This document shows positions 35,301-47,300 of a DNA stretch of 64,000 nt, piece by piece. How positions within the stretch are numbered: the first letter of the stretch is position 1; each line of letters opens with the position of its first letter. The translations under genes were made by a program, and so were the position numbers. Origin of the DNA: Azolla caroliniana (lineage: Eukaryota > Plantae > Polypodiophyta); assembly GCA_043228905.1 (NCBI GenBank), contig JBHGNT010000005.1, positions 12,524,001-12,588,000 of the forward strand, in the 5' to 3' direction. The notes below the pieces were generated by a model. It was not told where the DNA came from. It saw only the letters and a program-made list of their open reading frames with translations, and ran no database searches.

Positions 35301-37845
35301 CGTTCAGTTCCGGCGTCTTCGGCACAGTAAACTCGAGCCGGATTCCCATCGAACGGCAATACTCCTCAAATTGCCCTCGGTATTCTCCTCCGTTATCCGC
35401 TCGTATCGCTTTCAGCTTCTTGCCGGATTCTCTTTCCACTCTCGCGTGGAGTTCTTTGAAGACGGACAATACTTGGTCCTTTGTCTTCAACGGTGCCGTC
35501 CACAGCTTCCGGCTGTGGTCATCAATGAATGTCACGAAGTACTGGGCTCCGCCATGTGACTTCGTTTCTACTTGACACACATCAGTGTGCACCAACTCCA
35601 ATGGTGCACTACGTCTCGTCGGTGGCCTTGAGTGGAAGGAGGCTCGGTTCTGCTTACCGGCCAGGCAATCGGTGCACTTCTCCAGATGCACATGCTTCAC
35701 TGGAATGAGGTTGTCTTCTGCAAGCCTCTTCATCCCCTTCTCACTCATGTGGCACAGTCTCTTGTGCCACAGCTCACCGGCAGTGTCGGCTGCCACGTTC
35801 AACTCTTCCGGACATAACCGGGCATTCATCAGGTACAGTGTGTTGTCTTTCCGGGCCCGAGCCACTATCAGGCTCCCCTTGCTGAACTTCATTACGCCGT
35901 TCCGGATGCTACCTGTGTAGCCTTCATCGTCTAGCCTCCCGGCCGAGATCAAGTTCAATCGAACCTCCGGAACGTGTCGGACATCCTTCAGCAGCATTTT
36001 GCATCCGGTCGGGGTTGTCAACCACACGTCTCCGATGCCGGCAATCCGGCACGTACCTTCATTTCCCATCCGAACACAGCCATGCTCACCGGCTGTGTAG
36101 GATGAAAAGTATCTTCTTTCCGGGGTCAGGTGGAACGACGCTCCGGAATCGACCACCCAGGTCATCTCTTCACCGGCAAGGTTTAGCTCCCTCTCTTCGG
36201 TAATGAGCATTATCTCTTCTTCACTTGCCGCGAGTGCCGTCGTTCCTTTCCGGTCCTGCCCTCGCCGATCCGGACCTCTCCGGTCCGTGGCTCCCCGGTA
36301 TGCACCGTTTCTCTCCGGTGACTTCTTCGAATCGGTGTCGTCGGCTCCGTTGTCTTTTCGGTAATGCCGACAATTCTTCCGGAAGTGCCCCGGCTTCCCA
36401 CAGTGGAAGCATGTGGGCCTTCCTCTTGACTGCGACCGGGTCCCCGACTTCTCCCGTCTTTGCGGACTCCGGTTCCATTGTCTTCCCCGATCCGATTCGG
36501 TAAGTAGCGCTTTCGGGTCGGAGGCCGGTTCTTTATCTCTCCGACGCGCTTCTTCGTTCAAAATACTTGTCTTTACCGTTTGTAGAGACAAGTTATCTTC
36601 GGTGCAGGAGGTGCTGAGAGTCACCACCAAGTTCTCCCAGCTTTCCGGCAATGTACACATCAAGATGATGGCTTGCATTGCATCCTCCAACGGGAACTTG
36701 ATTGCCGCAAGCTGGTTCACGAATCCCATGAACGTGCTTACGTGTTCCACCATGCTCTCGCCGTCCCGGTACTTGAGGTTCACTATCTTCCTCATCAGGG
36801 AGGTCCGGTTCAACGCATTCTTCCTCTCGTAGAGGCCCGACAGCTTCCGCCACATCTCGTATGCGTTGGTGTCGTTCGCCACATGTTGTAGAACGCTCAC
36901 GTCGACGTATTGCCGAATGGTTGCAACGGCTTTCCGGTTCAGAAGCCTCCATTCCGTCTCAAGTACCCCCTTCGGTATTTCCGACCTGTCAATCGGTTCG
37001 TACAGGTCCCGAACAATCAGAAGATCCTCCATCTTGATCTTCCAGTCGGCGTAGTTCTGCGCATTCAGCACCATCATCCCCGGCTGCCCGCTGCTGCCGC
37101 CTTCCATTTTCTGCACTGCCGTCGCTCTGATACCACTTTGTTGAGAATCTACGCTCCGATTCGCCTTCACCGTTCGGCCACAACCGAGAAATCACGAATC
37201 AATGCAGCAGAAAATAGGAAACACAGAGAAAGACACGATAACACAGGGATTAACGTGGAAAACCCTATACGGGAAAAACCACGGGAGTCCTCAAACTCCA
37301 ACTATCACTATGAACAGAGATGTACAATGGTGAAGCTTCAAGGCAACAACCTTGAGCTCACTGTCTTCGCCACAGGCGGCGGTAATACACAGAGGCAACG
37401 ACCTCTTCGTCTGTCTCTCTCTCTCTCTCGGCTGCTCTCTTCCCTCTCTCTAAGTGGAAAAACAGAAAAATATGAGCAGCAACTTTTCAGCAGCTACAAA
37501 CAGTTTGCCCTAAGTCATATTTATACACATATGACTTTCGGGCTATTTACAAATATAGCCTCAAGGGCCCTTGGCAAACATATTCACAAATATGTCCCCG
37601 CATCCGGATCTCTCTCCGGGTACATACATCATCCGGCTCCGTAGCCGGGTCTTCGTCATCCGGCTCCGAAGCCGGGTCTTCGTCATCCGGCTCCGTAGCC
37701 GGGTCTTCATCATCCGGCTCCGTAGCCGGGTACTCTTCATCTGGCTTCATGCCGGGTACTCTTCATCCTCCGGTTCCGTAACCGCAACCGGGCTTGCCGT
37801 CATTCATCTCCGGACATCCCATCCGGAGGGACCGATATCCCAACA
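32317..37845 (-). mobile_element. Intact Ty1/Copia (Tnt1/Tork-like), 707-bp LTRs 32317-33023 and 37139-37845, TSD CAAAG
   Basis: The LTRs appear identical. CAAAG lies at 32312-32316 and 37846-37850. tRNA-iMet PBS at 37124-37135 and PPT next to 33024. Confidence 0.98.
33034..37107 (-). CDS. Copia Gag-Pol polyprotein, intact (probable start MEGGSS)
   Basis: Single ORF with CCHC, DSGAS, integrase DDE, YVDD and RNase H ..SDMLTK. Confidence 0.96.
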   Translation of the reverse strand: MEGGSSGQPGMMVLNAQNYADWKIKMEDLLIVRDLYEPIDRSEIPKGVLETEWRLLNRKAVATIRQYVDVSVLQHVANDTNAYEMWRKLSGLYERKNALNRTSLMRKIVNLKYRDGESMVEHVSTFMGFVNQLAAIKFPLEDAMQAIILMCTLPESWENLVVTLSTSCTEDNLSLQTVKTSILNEEARRRDKEPASDPKALLTESDRGRQWNRSPQRREKSGTRSQSRGRPTCFHCGKPGHFRKNCRHYRKDNGADDTDSKKSPERNGAYRGATDRRGPDRRGQDRKGTTALAASEEEIMLITEERELNLAGEEMTWVVDSGASFHLTPERRYFSSYTAGEHGCVRMGNEGTCRIAGIGDVWLTTPTGCKMLLKDVRHVPEVRLNLISAGRLDDEGYTGSIRNGVMKFSKGSLIVARARKDNTLYLMNARLCPEELNVAADTAGELWHKRLCHMSEKGMKRLAEDNLIPVKHVHLEKCTDCLAGKQNRASFHSRPPTRRSAPLELVHTDVCQVETKSHGGAQYFVTFIDDHSRKLWTAPLKTKDQVLSVFKELHARVERESGKKLKAIRADNGGEYRGQFEEYCRSMGIRLEFTVPKTPELNGLAERMNRTIMERVRSMLAHAKLPKGFWAEAMSTATYVINRSPSVPLDGDTPQRVWTGKEVSYRHLKVFGCLVYVRVAKDRRGKLDPKTRPCIFLGYGNDEFGYRVWDPVDKKIFRSRDIIFMEDKTLADWESEKKMKSSKSTGEDQLYKEQSRPARDRLALEDPAEDGEETEPAEEDENDTGTGPDPEMDSDEEESEEPVTEAPERRYPLRERRPPRRFPEPEHVLLTDEGEPESFEEAKHDTHSRRWLSAMQEEMDSLHENHTYELVELPKGKRALRNKWVFKLKPGDAETPPRYKARIVVKGFQQKKGVDFDEIFAPVVKMTSIRTVLSIAASMDLEVEQMDVKTAFLHGDLEEEIYMQQPEGFEKKEKEHLVCRLKKSLYGLKQAPRQWYRKFDSFMTDEGYHKTQSDHCVFVKKFDGGDSLILLLYVDDMLIVGRDQVKIRMLKKALHRTFSMKDLGPARQILGMHIIRDRKKKQLWLSQEKYVTKVLQRFNMPEARPVGSTLPTNCKLSGKQSPKTKAEKEDMMKVPYASAVGSLMYAMVCTRPDIGYAVGVVSRYMSNPGKEHWNAVKWILRYLKGTANVCLRFGSGKPELDGFTDSDMSADADTSRSTSGYVMTYAGGAVSWQSRLQKTVALSTTEAEYMAAVEAGKEVIWMKDFIRELGIRQDEYRLYCDSQSAIHLAKNAAYHSRTKHIQRRYHWIRERIEDQEFVLTKIHTDENGSDMLTKVLTPDKLEACRKRIGLERHPMPK

Positions 37846-37940
37846 CAAAGTTGGTAGTGTGACATGATACACCATGGACAATTGAGAGAACATTATCCTT
37901 GCCCCTCTTAAATTGGACAACATATTCTTTTGGTCGTGTG

Positions 37941-40900
37941 CTAAAGTTTGTAAAAACTTATCCAATCCCCAACTATACGAGCTGGCCCACTATCCATTGC
38001 CGCCCAAGATAACCTCGGTCGTAGACCCAAAACACATGCAACTTCGTCAGTAAATAAAGGATTCCATATCAAAGGTTGACGCATGAATTGATGATAATTT
38101 TTTTGTGGCAAGAAAACAAGAGCTTGCCGAAGACTTTCCCATGCTTGAAAAATTCCACTAAAGAAACGTAATGACCCAACATTGGACCTAGGTAATGAAA
38201 AATCCGAATTAAAAAACCACCTAAGACTATCATGCCATTGCCCTCCTACTGAGGGCTTGACCTTATGTAAGTGCTGAATCCATAGCTTTTTCCATAACTC
38301 ATTTCCTGGCAATAAACTCCTTACAACATGTTTAGCAATTAAGGCTTTACTTTGCATAAAAGGATCAATCAAACCTAGACCTCCTTTCTGTTTAGATTGT
38401 ATAAGAACCGACCAAGCTACCTTTGCTACAGAATTGTTTGCAATAGTGTTCCCCCAAATGAAATTACGTACTAGGCATTGAACTTTAAGCATTATTGACC
38501 TAGAAAACAGCCAGGTAGATGCTATATACCAAATTGAAGACAAGAGCACTGAGTTAGCTACAACTACACGTCCTGCTAAGGATAACTTCTCCTTGTTCCA
38601 ATATATTAACTTGTTCCTTAATGTTAACAATAAGGGTGCAATCATATCCTCTGCATTTAAACCCAAACCCACTCTACAACCTAAATATCTAATGGATTGA
38701 CCATGAGGTATACATGTAAAACCTAAGGTAGGTATATTAACTGGCGGATCTCCCGAAGCGATCCAAAAACCTGATGATTTATCCCAATTTATCAATGCTC
38801 CGGATGCATGTGAGAAATCATCCACAACTTTTTGTACCTGTAACAAATTAACTTGTGAGGCTACAACATATAGAGCTGTATCATCAGCAAACTCACTATC
38901 CACGCTAGCGTTTTCCACAAATAGTGCTAAACCTTTAATATTTACATCTTGAGAATTTAGATGTACTGAAAATGCTTCAGATACTAATAAAAATAAAAAG
39001 GGAGCAAGTGGACATCCCTGTCGCACGGATCTTGAAATAGAAAACCGCCTACCAATATCCCCTGCAAATAAAAGAGAACTATGTGCATGACGATATAATG
39101 TTGACACTCCTCGTATCCATGTGTTGGGAAAACCCATCCTAAGCAATGTTCCCTCCATAAAATCCCAGTCCACTCTATCATAAGCTTTTTCAAAATCAAG
39201 AAATAACATTGCTAGATCTTGCTTATGTAATTCAGCAAATGCCACCATTTCCAAAAAAAGAATAATATTGTCAAAAATACTTAGCTCTTTCATAAAACCG
39301 GTTTGGGAATCATGAATTAGCTCCGGAAGATAAGGTTGTAACCTTCTAGCTATCGTTTTTGCTAATATCTTATAAATAACATTCAACAAAGTAATTGGTC
39401 TCCAATGACGAAGTTCTTCTAATTGTCCATTTGTTTTAGGAATCATATAGATTAACCCCTCAGTCCATTCTTGTGGCATATTTCCTAAGTCTAAGATATC
39501 TTGATAAGTTTTGGTAAGGCCATCACTTATCAAATCCCAATATTGTATATACCATTGGACTCCCATCCCATCCAATCCAGGACAAACATCCTTTGCAAGG
39601 GCTTTTATTGCTTTAAGAATCTCTTGAGAACTTAAAGGTTGCAGAAGACATTCTGAAAGTTGTACCGACACCCTCTTATGAACCCTTGACCATATGATGT
39701 CCCTTTTAACTAAATCATCCCCAGAAAAGGATCTAGCTTTCAATAAAGTCTCATAATAATTAGAGGCTATTTGACGCATCTGATTAGGATCAGTCGTATA
39801 AGAACCATCAGGACATTTTAAACGAGAAATCCTAACAGTCGACTTATGATGATTATGCACTGCAAAGAACATTTTATTGACTTTATCTCCCGATTCTGCC
39901 CATGTAAATGATATATTATGATAATTAAAATCAGCGGAAATCTTTTCTAATTCCAATATCTGATTCCCTAGTTGTACCACTCGGGAACTTATATAACTTG
40001 AATATGGTCTTTTTTCTTGTAGATGTTGCAAGGACCTCAATCCCCCACGAAGTCTTCCTATTTTAGTAAAAGATGCATAGAATATTTGTTTAGTCTTACA
40101 ATGGAAAAATTGTTGTATTTCACCAAGAGCCTTCTGAACACTAGATAGTGCATAATCATAAGAATAGTCATATTTATTCCAAATATTATGTACAGTAGGA
40201 GCACACTCTTGAGTAAGAAACACATGATTTGGAATTCTAAACCTAGAAATTTTGTAATGTTCCTGCAATACTATAACTAAACGAAGTGGTGCATGATCAG
40301 AAAAGGAAAATGAAGGTATGATTCCAATGGAACCTCCTTTGTCCCATAAAAACTTATTAGCATAAAATCTATCTAACCTAGATAAATTGGTATGTGCTTC
40401 TCTTCTATTTGACCTTGAGTAAGCTAACGAATCTTGTATCCTTACAAAAGAAGGCACATGCCACAAGTCCATTATGTCCAAAGAAAAAATCAAACGTTCC
40501 CATTCATATAATTCTGTGCCGGATAATGTTTGTGATGTGCCTCCTAACCTATCACACACATCCTCCAACATATTAAAGTCACCCGCAATTGCCCAATGGT
40601 CAGTGGCCGGTAACTGTGATATTATATTCTTCCATAATATCGTTCTATCTCTTGCATGATTCGGTGCATAGATATTTAACAAACCCCACTTCTTCAAACC
40701 TAGTTGAAAAATTACATAATGACCTCTACCACATGTCAAGATGCCATAATGTAAGAACAAAGGCCACCAAATATCATTTATTGCAATGCAAAGTCCCGCT
40801 TTCAAACTATTATCACCAGTCGCAGGCACCCAGAACTGTCTCCACTGGCCTGACAACAAGTTTCCATATTTTTGGATCCTTTGTTCATTTAAATGATGCT

Positions 40901-41036
40901 CTTGAATAAGAAAAACATCAATCCTACCTACCAAAGACTTCCTTAACTGACGACGGAAGACACTCTTTACTTTACAACAATGTCTACCTCCTAAACCCCG
41001 TACATTCCATGAAATAATATTTAAGCTATCCATCAT
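37941..41036 (-). pseudogene. LINE ORF2: APE endonuclease plus reverse transcriptase (premature stop, then Copia insertion)
   Basis: SWNVRGL, QEHH, GDFN, RLDRF, SDH; LDFEKAYDRV, RQGCPLAP, FADD, RYLG. Confidence 0.95.
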
Positions 41037-42489
41037 TCATGTTTTCCCCTTCTACTCTCTTTTCAGTAAGTGCAACATCTCTACCCTTCCGCCCATCCTC
41101 CGAAGCTCGTAATTGTCTCCTATTTGACCAAATGTCTTTCCCAGTCAATTTATGTGCTCGCACTGGCACATGCTTATCTACTATAGAAACCCTATTGGAA
41201 GACGTAGTGGCTGTAGTAAACACAATTATATTCCCACAATCAATGTGAACATGTGGAAGGTCTACCTTGCCCACTTCAAATTTTTTTCCCCCATTCACAA
41301 CTAAAGACCTATCATCTTGTTTTAGTTTATCTAAAAGCATATGTTTATCCTTATTCCATTGATTATTAACCTTAGAAACAGATTCTACAGTTTGTACCTT
41401 CAAAAGTATGTCTTGTGAATTTTGTTCCACCCGATCTTCCTTTGTGAAGTTTGGAATGGAAAACCCCACCTCCATTGTACTAATCCCCGCATCTTTTTGC
41501 ACTTCCTGCAAAGATTGATAAGGATTAGCTTCAAGTAATGACATTGGATTAACCATCGTACTAGATGGTTTAAAAACATGTTTATTAGAAACTGTAGACC
41601 AGCCATCATAATTAACATCTGGTCGATTAGGTGGCTGGGCCTCATTGTACGGACATCGATTTTGACAATCTCAACCTAAATGACCAAACTGACAGCACAC
41701 AAAACATTGATCAGGCAGTCCTTGATAATATACCTTTTGCACAACCGGTGGTTTATTTAAAAGTAAATTAGGTAAAGATATAGTTGCCGGAAAACAAACG
41801 GATCTTGATGTGATCAACCGAACAGTTGGTACCCCTCCCATTCTATTTGTCCCATGAGCCTGTCCATCATGCGTGGCAATGACTTTACCTAACAAAGCCC
41901 CAATGTAAGGCAATACATTCCTCCACTCCTTCCTCAAACCAGGAAATATCGTCGTAAAAACCATACTAGCCTCTTGATCCTGCAATATGTCATCTACTTT
42001 AACATTATGCGACCATTTATGAAAGGATACCCACACACCTTCCACTCCTGCCTCCTTAATCATTAATAGCTTGTTGACGGACTCCTCATTCGCAAATTCC
42101 ACATGATAACATCCTTGAGACATGAATTGAATGTCGAGAATGTTATCTTCTTCCTCTGAGAAAGTAGCGTACAAAGTATGACGGAGCTCCGATCTATTCA
42201 TTCGCGAACCTTGTACTTGCACTACCAAAGAGAAAGCTTCCAACCTATTTACCTCACCCAAAACTATAGCTCTGTCCTCCTCTGACAATACAAGGTCGAC
42301 TGACTCATCACATAGATGAGGTGAAAGTTGGGGGGGTGCACCGGACTCCCCTGCTCGCGTATAGGGTCCAACCGTAGAAGAAGTATGGGGCTGGCCCGTA
42401 GTCGATCTCCTGATCGTGTTGGGAGCACCTGTTGTTGTGGTTACGCTGTTCGCGCCACACGCGACCTGCGTTTTCTCTGTTGTTTGCAT
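41026..42489 (-). pseudogene. LINE ORF1 (RRM/DUF4283-like plus zinc knuckle), broken into pieces, overlapping the ORF2 start by 11 nt
   Basis: YQGLPDQCFVCCQFGH knuckle, and position upstream of ORF2. Confidence 0.8.
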
Positions 42490-42519
42490 CGTCTCTCTTG
42501 CACTTCACGTTTCTTCTCC

Positions 42520-43151
42520 TAATATATTTAGGACAAATAATTGATTTATTAATATTTAAAACCCTAATAGCAAATTAAAATAGATTGGAAAAGAGAGATA
42601 GAAAATTGTGTATCACATGAGTATAATCAATTTAATCAATATTTAGAAACCCCAAAAAAATCGACAACAACCCCTTACAATTCGCTCCCCCACCCTTATA
42701 TAGCGATGGGAGAAACTAAGTATATCTTACTACATGCAAACATGATGCTTTTTCTCTAACCCGAGTGTTCATGCACACTAGATGTCTTGGCTTTTTCTAT
42801 CATACTTTTTTTCTTTTTAACTCGAGTGTTCATGCACACTAGATGTACATGAATAACTTTCTTTATCATGCTTTTTCTTTTAACTCGAGTTATTATGCGT
42901 GAATAACTTTTCTTTCATGCTTATCTAGAATATTTACAAGACATGAACTTTTGTATATCTACAATAATTTTAACATTCACAATGTGTTAATACAATGGTA
43001 AGGCTTGGAGTTGTTAACATGGAGGTACAAGGTTTAAATCTTGCTCTATGCATGGAACATAGTTTTTTTAACATTATCTCCTATTTCTTTATACTTAGTC
43101 AATCAGGTACTCTACACATATTTTATGTAGTGTACAAAGCACACTACGACA
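42520..43151 (-). mobile_element. Remainder of the Gypsy B 5' LTR
   Basis: Diverged homology to the element A LTR; ends in CACTACGACA. Confidence 0.8.
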
Positions 43152-43569
43152 ATGTGTCTATAAACAATCGGTTGTAGCCGGCTCGTGTTTGTCTCCACAG
43201 TTTGCACAGTCACGTTTTGTTCGATTCATACATGCGTTATTACTATCAGTTTCTTAAGCAAGACGATTCCGCTGAAACTCCCCGACCACAAGACCTTGAA
43301 TCAGATATCGAAGGATGAGTATCGCACATCGTGTTACCCTCGGCCGGTAACATTCCCCGCACTGGCTCAATACTTGTTTGTCCTCTATCCACCTCATTCT
43401 GCCTCCGCCCCCAGGAAACCCCTTGCACTCCCTACACCGCCCATTCACACTAAATGACAACGGGCCTTGCAGTTCGCGCAGGAAGAATGGCAGGATCCCC
43501 TTCCCACAACTCTGGCCTCCCCACAACCAATATATGTGACTAAGGACTAGGAGCCGGTAGTGGTCCCTA

Positions 43570-44387
43570 ATGAGGATTTACAAGGTAAAATAGAATGTTG
43601 GCGACTCGGTAACTGCTACGAAGCACAACTTGTAGCAAAAGGATACACTGAAACACATGGAGTCGACTAAGGAGACCTTTGGCCCGGTGGAAGATGACGA
43701 CTGTTTAGATAGTCCTTGCACTCACGGTTGCTTGAGGGTGGCACCTCCATCAAATGGATGTGAAGAACACCTTTCTTCAAGGAGAATTAGAAGAGAAGGT
43801 CTTCGTGATTCAACCACTTGGTTTTGAATAGACTAACCATCCGACCACAGTTTGCTGACTCAAGAAGCCATTGTAGATATTCAAGCCAGCACTGCGCGCT
43901 TGGCATTGAAGATTACTCAGTATCTTCACCAAATGGCTTTTGAATGTCGAAACCATACAACTCCCTCTACATCAGAAGCGATTTTGAAAGCCTGATTGTC
44001 ATCATCCTATATGTGGATGATCTGATTATCGGAGGAGAGAATATTGCCGACATAAATAAAGTCAAATCCCATCTGTCCAGCAGATTCGAAATGAAAGCCA
44101 TGTAGGAGCTCCATTACTTCCTTGGTATAGAAGTAATTCAAACACCAGTAAGAAGAATGATCTCTTAGCGGCACTACATCCTAAACTTGCTCTACAAGTT
44201 GGGGCTAACTGAGTGCAAACCTGTGTCAACCCCTCTCGATCGAAACCTCAAGCTTGATGTTGACTCTGGAACAGAAGAGTACGAGTTGACTCAATATTGT
44301 CATTTTATCAGTAGCCTAATCTATCTCACCATCACACGACCCGATCTTAGCTATTCGGTTGGTCTACTTAGCTAATTCATGCAAAAA
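43570..44387 (+). pseudogene. Old Copia RT fragment (continues at 50107)
   Basis: [33 protein letters not shown]; many stops. Confidence 0.85.
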
Positions 44388-47300
44388 GTTGTTAGGTACG
44401 TTAGGTACGGTACGGATACCATACGTATTTAATGTATTAATACCCGTATATTATCTCCCACTTTAAAAATACGTTAAATATGTTTTCTTAATATGTTAAA
44501 TACTTATAAAATATGTAAAATATGTAAAATACGTATTTTACGTTTAGAACGTTAAATACTTCTAGAATTTGAAAATTATTTACCTTTCTAAAAAATATCT
44601 ATAATATTGTAAAAAACATCTATGTTTACACAATTTTGTGATGTACAATATAGTTCTACATCCTAAAATGCTATAAAGAATCAAGAGATGGATTCTTGTG
44701 AAGAGGAATAGGTGTGAACTGTGTGTGTGTGTGTGTGTGTGTATGAGATAGATAGAGAGAGAGAGACACAGAGTATACGCAAGGTTAAGTATATTAACAA
44801 AGGAGAAAGACACAACATAATACAAAGTGGGAGGAGGGTGCTTTACATAGTCACCCTCTCTCTTCATTAACTACAAGACTCATGGAGCATGGGGAATGTG
44901 AAAGCTCATAAGTTATGTGTCATAGAATATGATTCTATGACTCATACTAAATGCTAGAATACAAAGTGGTGACATAGTGGTGACTCTCGACCGTTGGAGT
45001 GTCTATTCACTCTCAAGGTGAGTTCACACACTAGACCAAGTTGAGCTTGATTCTCATAATGCCCCCTCAAGCTCAAGTCGGGTCGGTTTCAGACGGTATC
45101 CAAAATACGCTTCGACTCGCGTTCCGGAGTCCGCATCGACTCGCGTCGATTCACATTTATGTGGAGTTGCGGAATCTGTGCTCCAGCTTGCGTTGTGCGT
45201 AGTTGCGAAGTCTGTGCTTCGGCTTGCGTCTTTCTTCGTGGCTTTGTGTGGTAGATCAGCTCTTCGCGGTTTCGTTGCGTGGTTGCGTAATCCATGCGTT
45301 ATTGCGTAGTGTGCGCGGTTTGCGGAATCCACGCGTTATTGCGTAGCGTCTTTAGTACTCCCCCTCAAGCTTGGTAGGTCAGGGATTGTCAATCCGAGAT
45401 CGGTCATGAATTGCCATAGCTTGTCGGCTCCTAAGGCTTTAGTGAAGATGTCAGCCGTTTGAAGATTGGTGCTAATGTGTTGTAGGTCGACATCGCCAGC
45501 TAGAACGCGCTCTCGAATGAAGTGATAGTGCACTTCGATGTGCTTTGTCCGCGTGTGGAACACCGGGTTCCGAGCTAGATAGATACTGCTCATGTTGTCG
45601 CAGTAAAGGGAAGTCGGATCCTTGATGGGTACGCCCAGATCCTTCAAAATCCTCTTGAGCCATACGACTTCACACGCAGCTACGATTGCGCCCCTGTATT
45701 CCGCCTCCGTACTCGAAAGAGCGACGGTAGGCTGCTTCTTGCTACTCCAGGATATTGCTCCGCTACCGAGGGAGAAAACAAATCCGGAGGTTGATCTTCT
45801 ATCGGCTTTGTAGCCGGCCCAATCGGCGTCTGTGTACCCCTCGAGGCGTATTGGCATCGCGGTCTTGTAGAGGATGCCGCAATCCATTGTGTTGCTCACA
45901 TACCGTAGAACTCGCTTAGCGCAATCCGAGTATCACGCGGTGTTTGCATGAATTGACTAAGGAGACCGACCGGATAGCTGAGATCGGGTCGAGTGATCGT
46001 GAGGTAGATGAGACTCCCAATGAGTTGCCGATACTGAGTCGGGTCACACGCTTTGGTGCTGGAGTTCGCATCTAGTTTGAGATTACGATCGAGCGGGGTT
46101 GCCACGGATTTGCACTCAGCCATCCCGAACTTGTACAGTAAGTTGAGGATGTACTGCCGTTGAGAGATCATGATTTCGTCTGGAGTCCGAATTACCTCGA
46201 TGCCGAGGGAAGTAGTGGAGCTCCTTCATGTCCGTCATCTCGAACTTGTCGGAAAGGAGGGATTTGACCTTATTGATTTCGATGAGATGCTCACCTCCAA
46301 TGACTAGGTCATCCACATATAGGATGATGACGATCGGACTTGTGGACTTGCTTCGTATGTAGAGGGAGTTGTCCGATTTTGACATACGGAAGCCGATTTG
46401 ATGAAGATATTGCGTTATCTTCGAATGCCAAGCATGCGGTGCTTGCTTGAGGCCGTAGAGTGGCTTCTTGAGTTGGCAAACAACTTTCGGATGAATGCGC
46501 GATTCGAAGCCGGGTGGTTGTATGATGTACACCTCCTCTTCTAATTCGCCTTGTAGAAAGGCGTTATTGATGTCCATTTGATGGAGGTACCACCCTTTCG
46601 CTGCGGCAAGCGCAATTACGGTCCATACCGTCGTCTTCTTTGCCACCGGGGCAAAGGTCTCCTCGTAGTCAACTTTGTGCATTTGGGCGTAGCCTTTCGC
46701 AACGAGTCGCGCTTTGTAGCGGTTGATGGAGCCGTCGGCGTTGTACTTCACTTTGTAAATCCATCTGCATCCGATCGCCTTTTTGTGTGGTGAGATGGCA
46801 ACGAGATCCCACGTCTCATTCTTGCGTAGTGCCTGCATCTCCTCGTTCATGGCTTCGATCCATCGCGGATCCTTGGCTGTTTCGGAGAATGTTTCCGGCT
46901 CGCGTACTGTCGCCACCTTCATCATAAAGGCACAGTGATATGCCATGTAGTCATTGTAGCCAAATCGGCTAACCGGATTCTTTTCACGGGTGGAGCAGCG
47001 GAGCTTTTCATTTGCAAAGACAAGGGCTTTCTTAGCTCTGATTGGTACGTCGAAGCCGCCGAACTCACTGTCGAGTGAGTGAGTCGATTCATCGTCGTTG
47101 AAGTGATCGTCTTCGTATTCCGCCATTTTCGCCTTGCCTTTGTCCATCTTCGGGCTAGGTCGTGATGTGCTTTGATCGCTCAGAGGCTCATGTGGTCCGC
47201 TCAGTCGGGTCGTGATCGGACTTTCTTCGAACATGCGCGTAAAATGATCTTCATCCTCTATCTCTTGTTTAGCGAATTCCGGGTCGAGCGGAGTCGGAGT

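Larger units (their letters stand above)
29507..42519 (-). mobile_element. Full-length L1/Tx1-type LINE inserted in the Gypsy B LTR, TSD TAATATATTT; ~7.5 kb excluding the nested Copia
   Basis: The 10-mer is at 29497-29506 and 42520-42529, a short T-run marks the 3' end, and Gypsy-type LTR sequence resumes after 42520. Confidence 0.8.

Noticed and set aside
33311-37054. Long antisense ORFs within Copia and Gypsy pol
   Set aside because: Their starts and ends differ between copies, consistent with codon-bias shadows.
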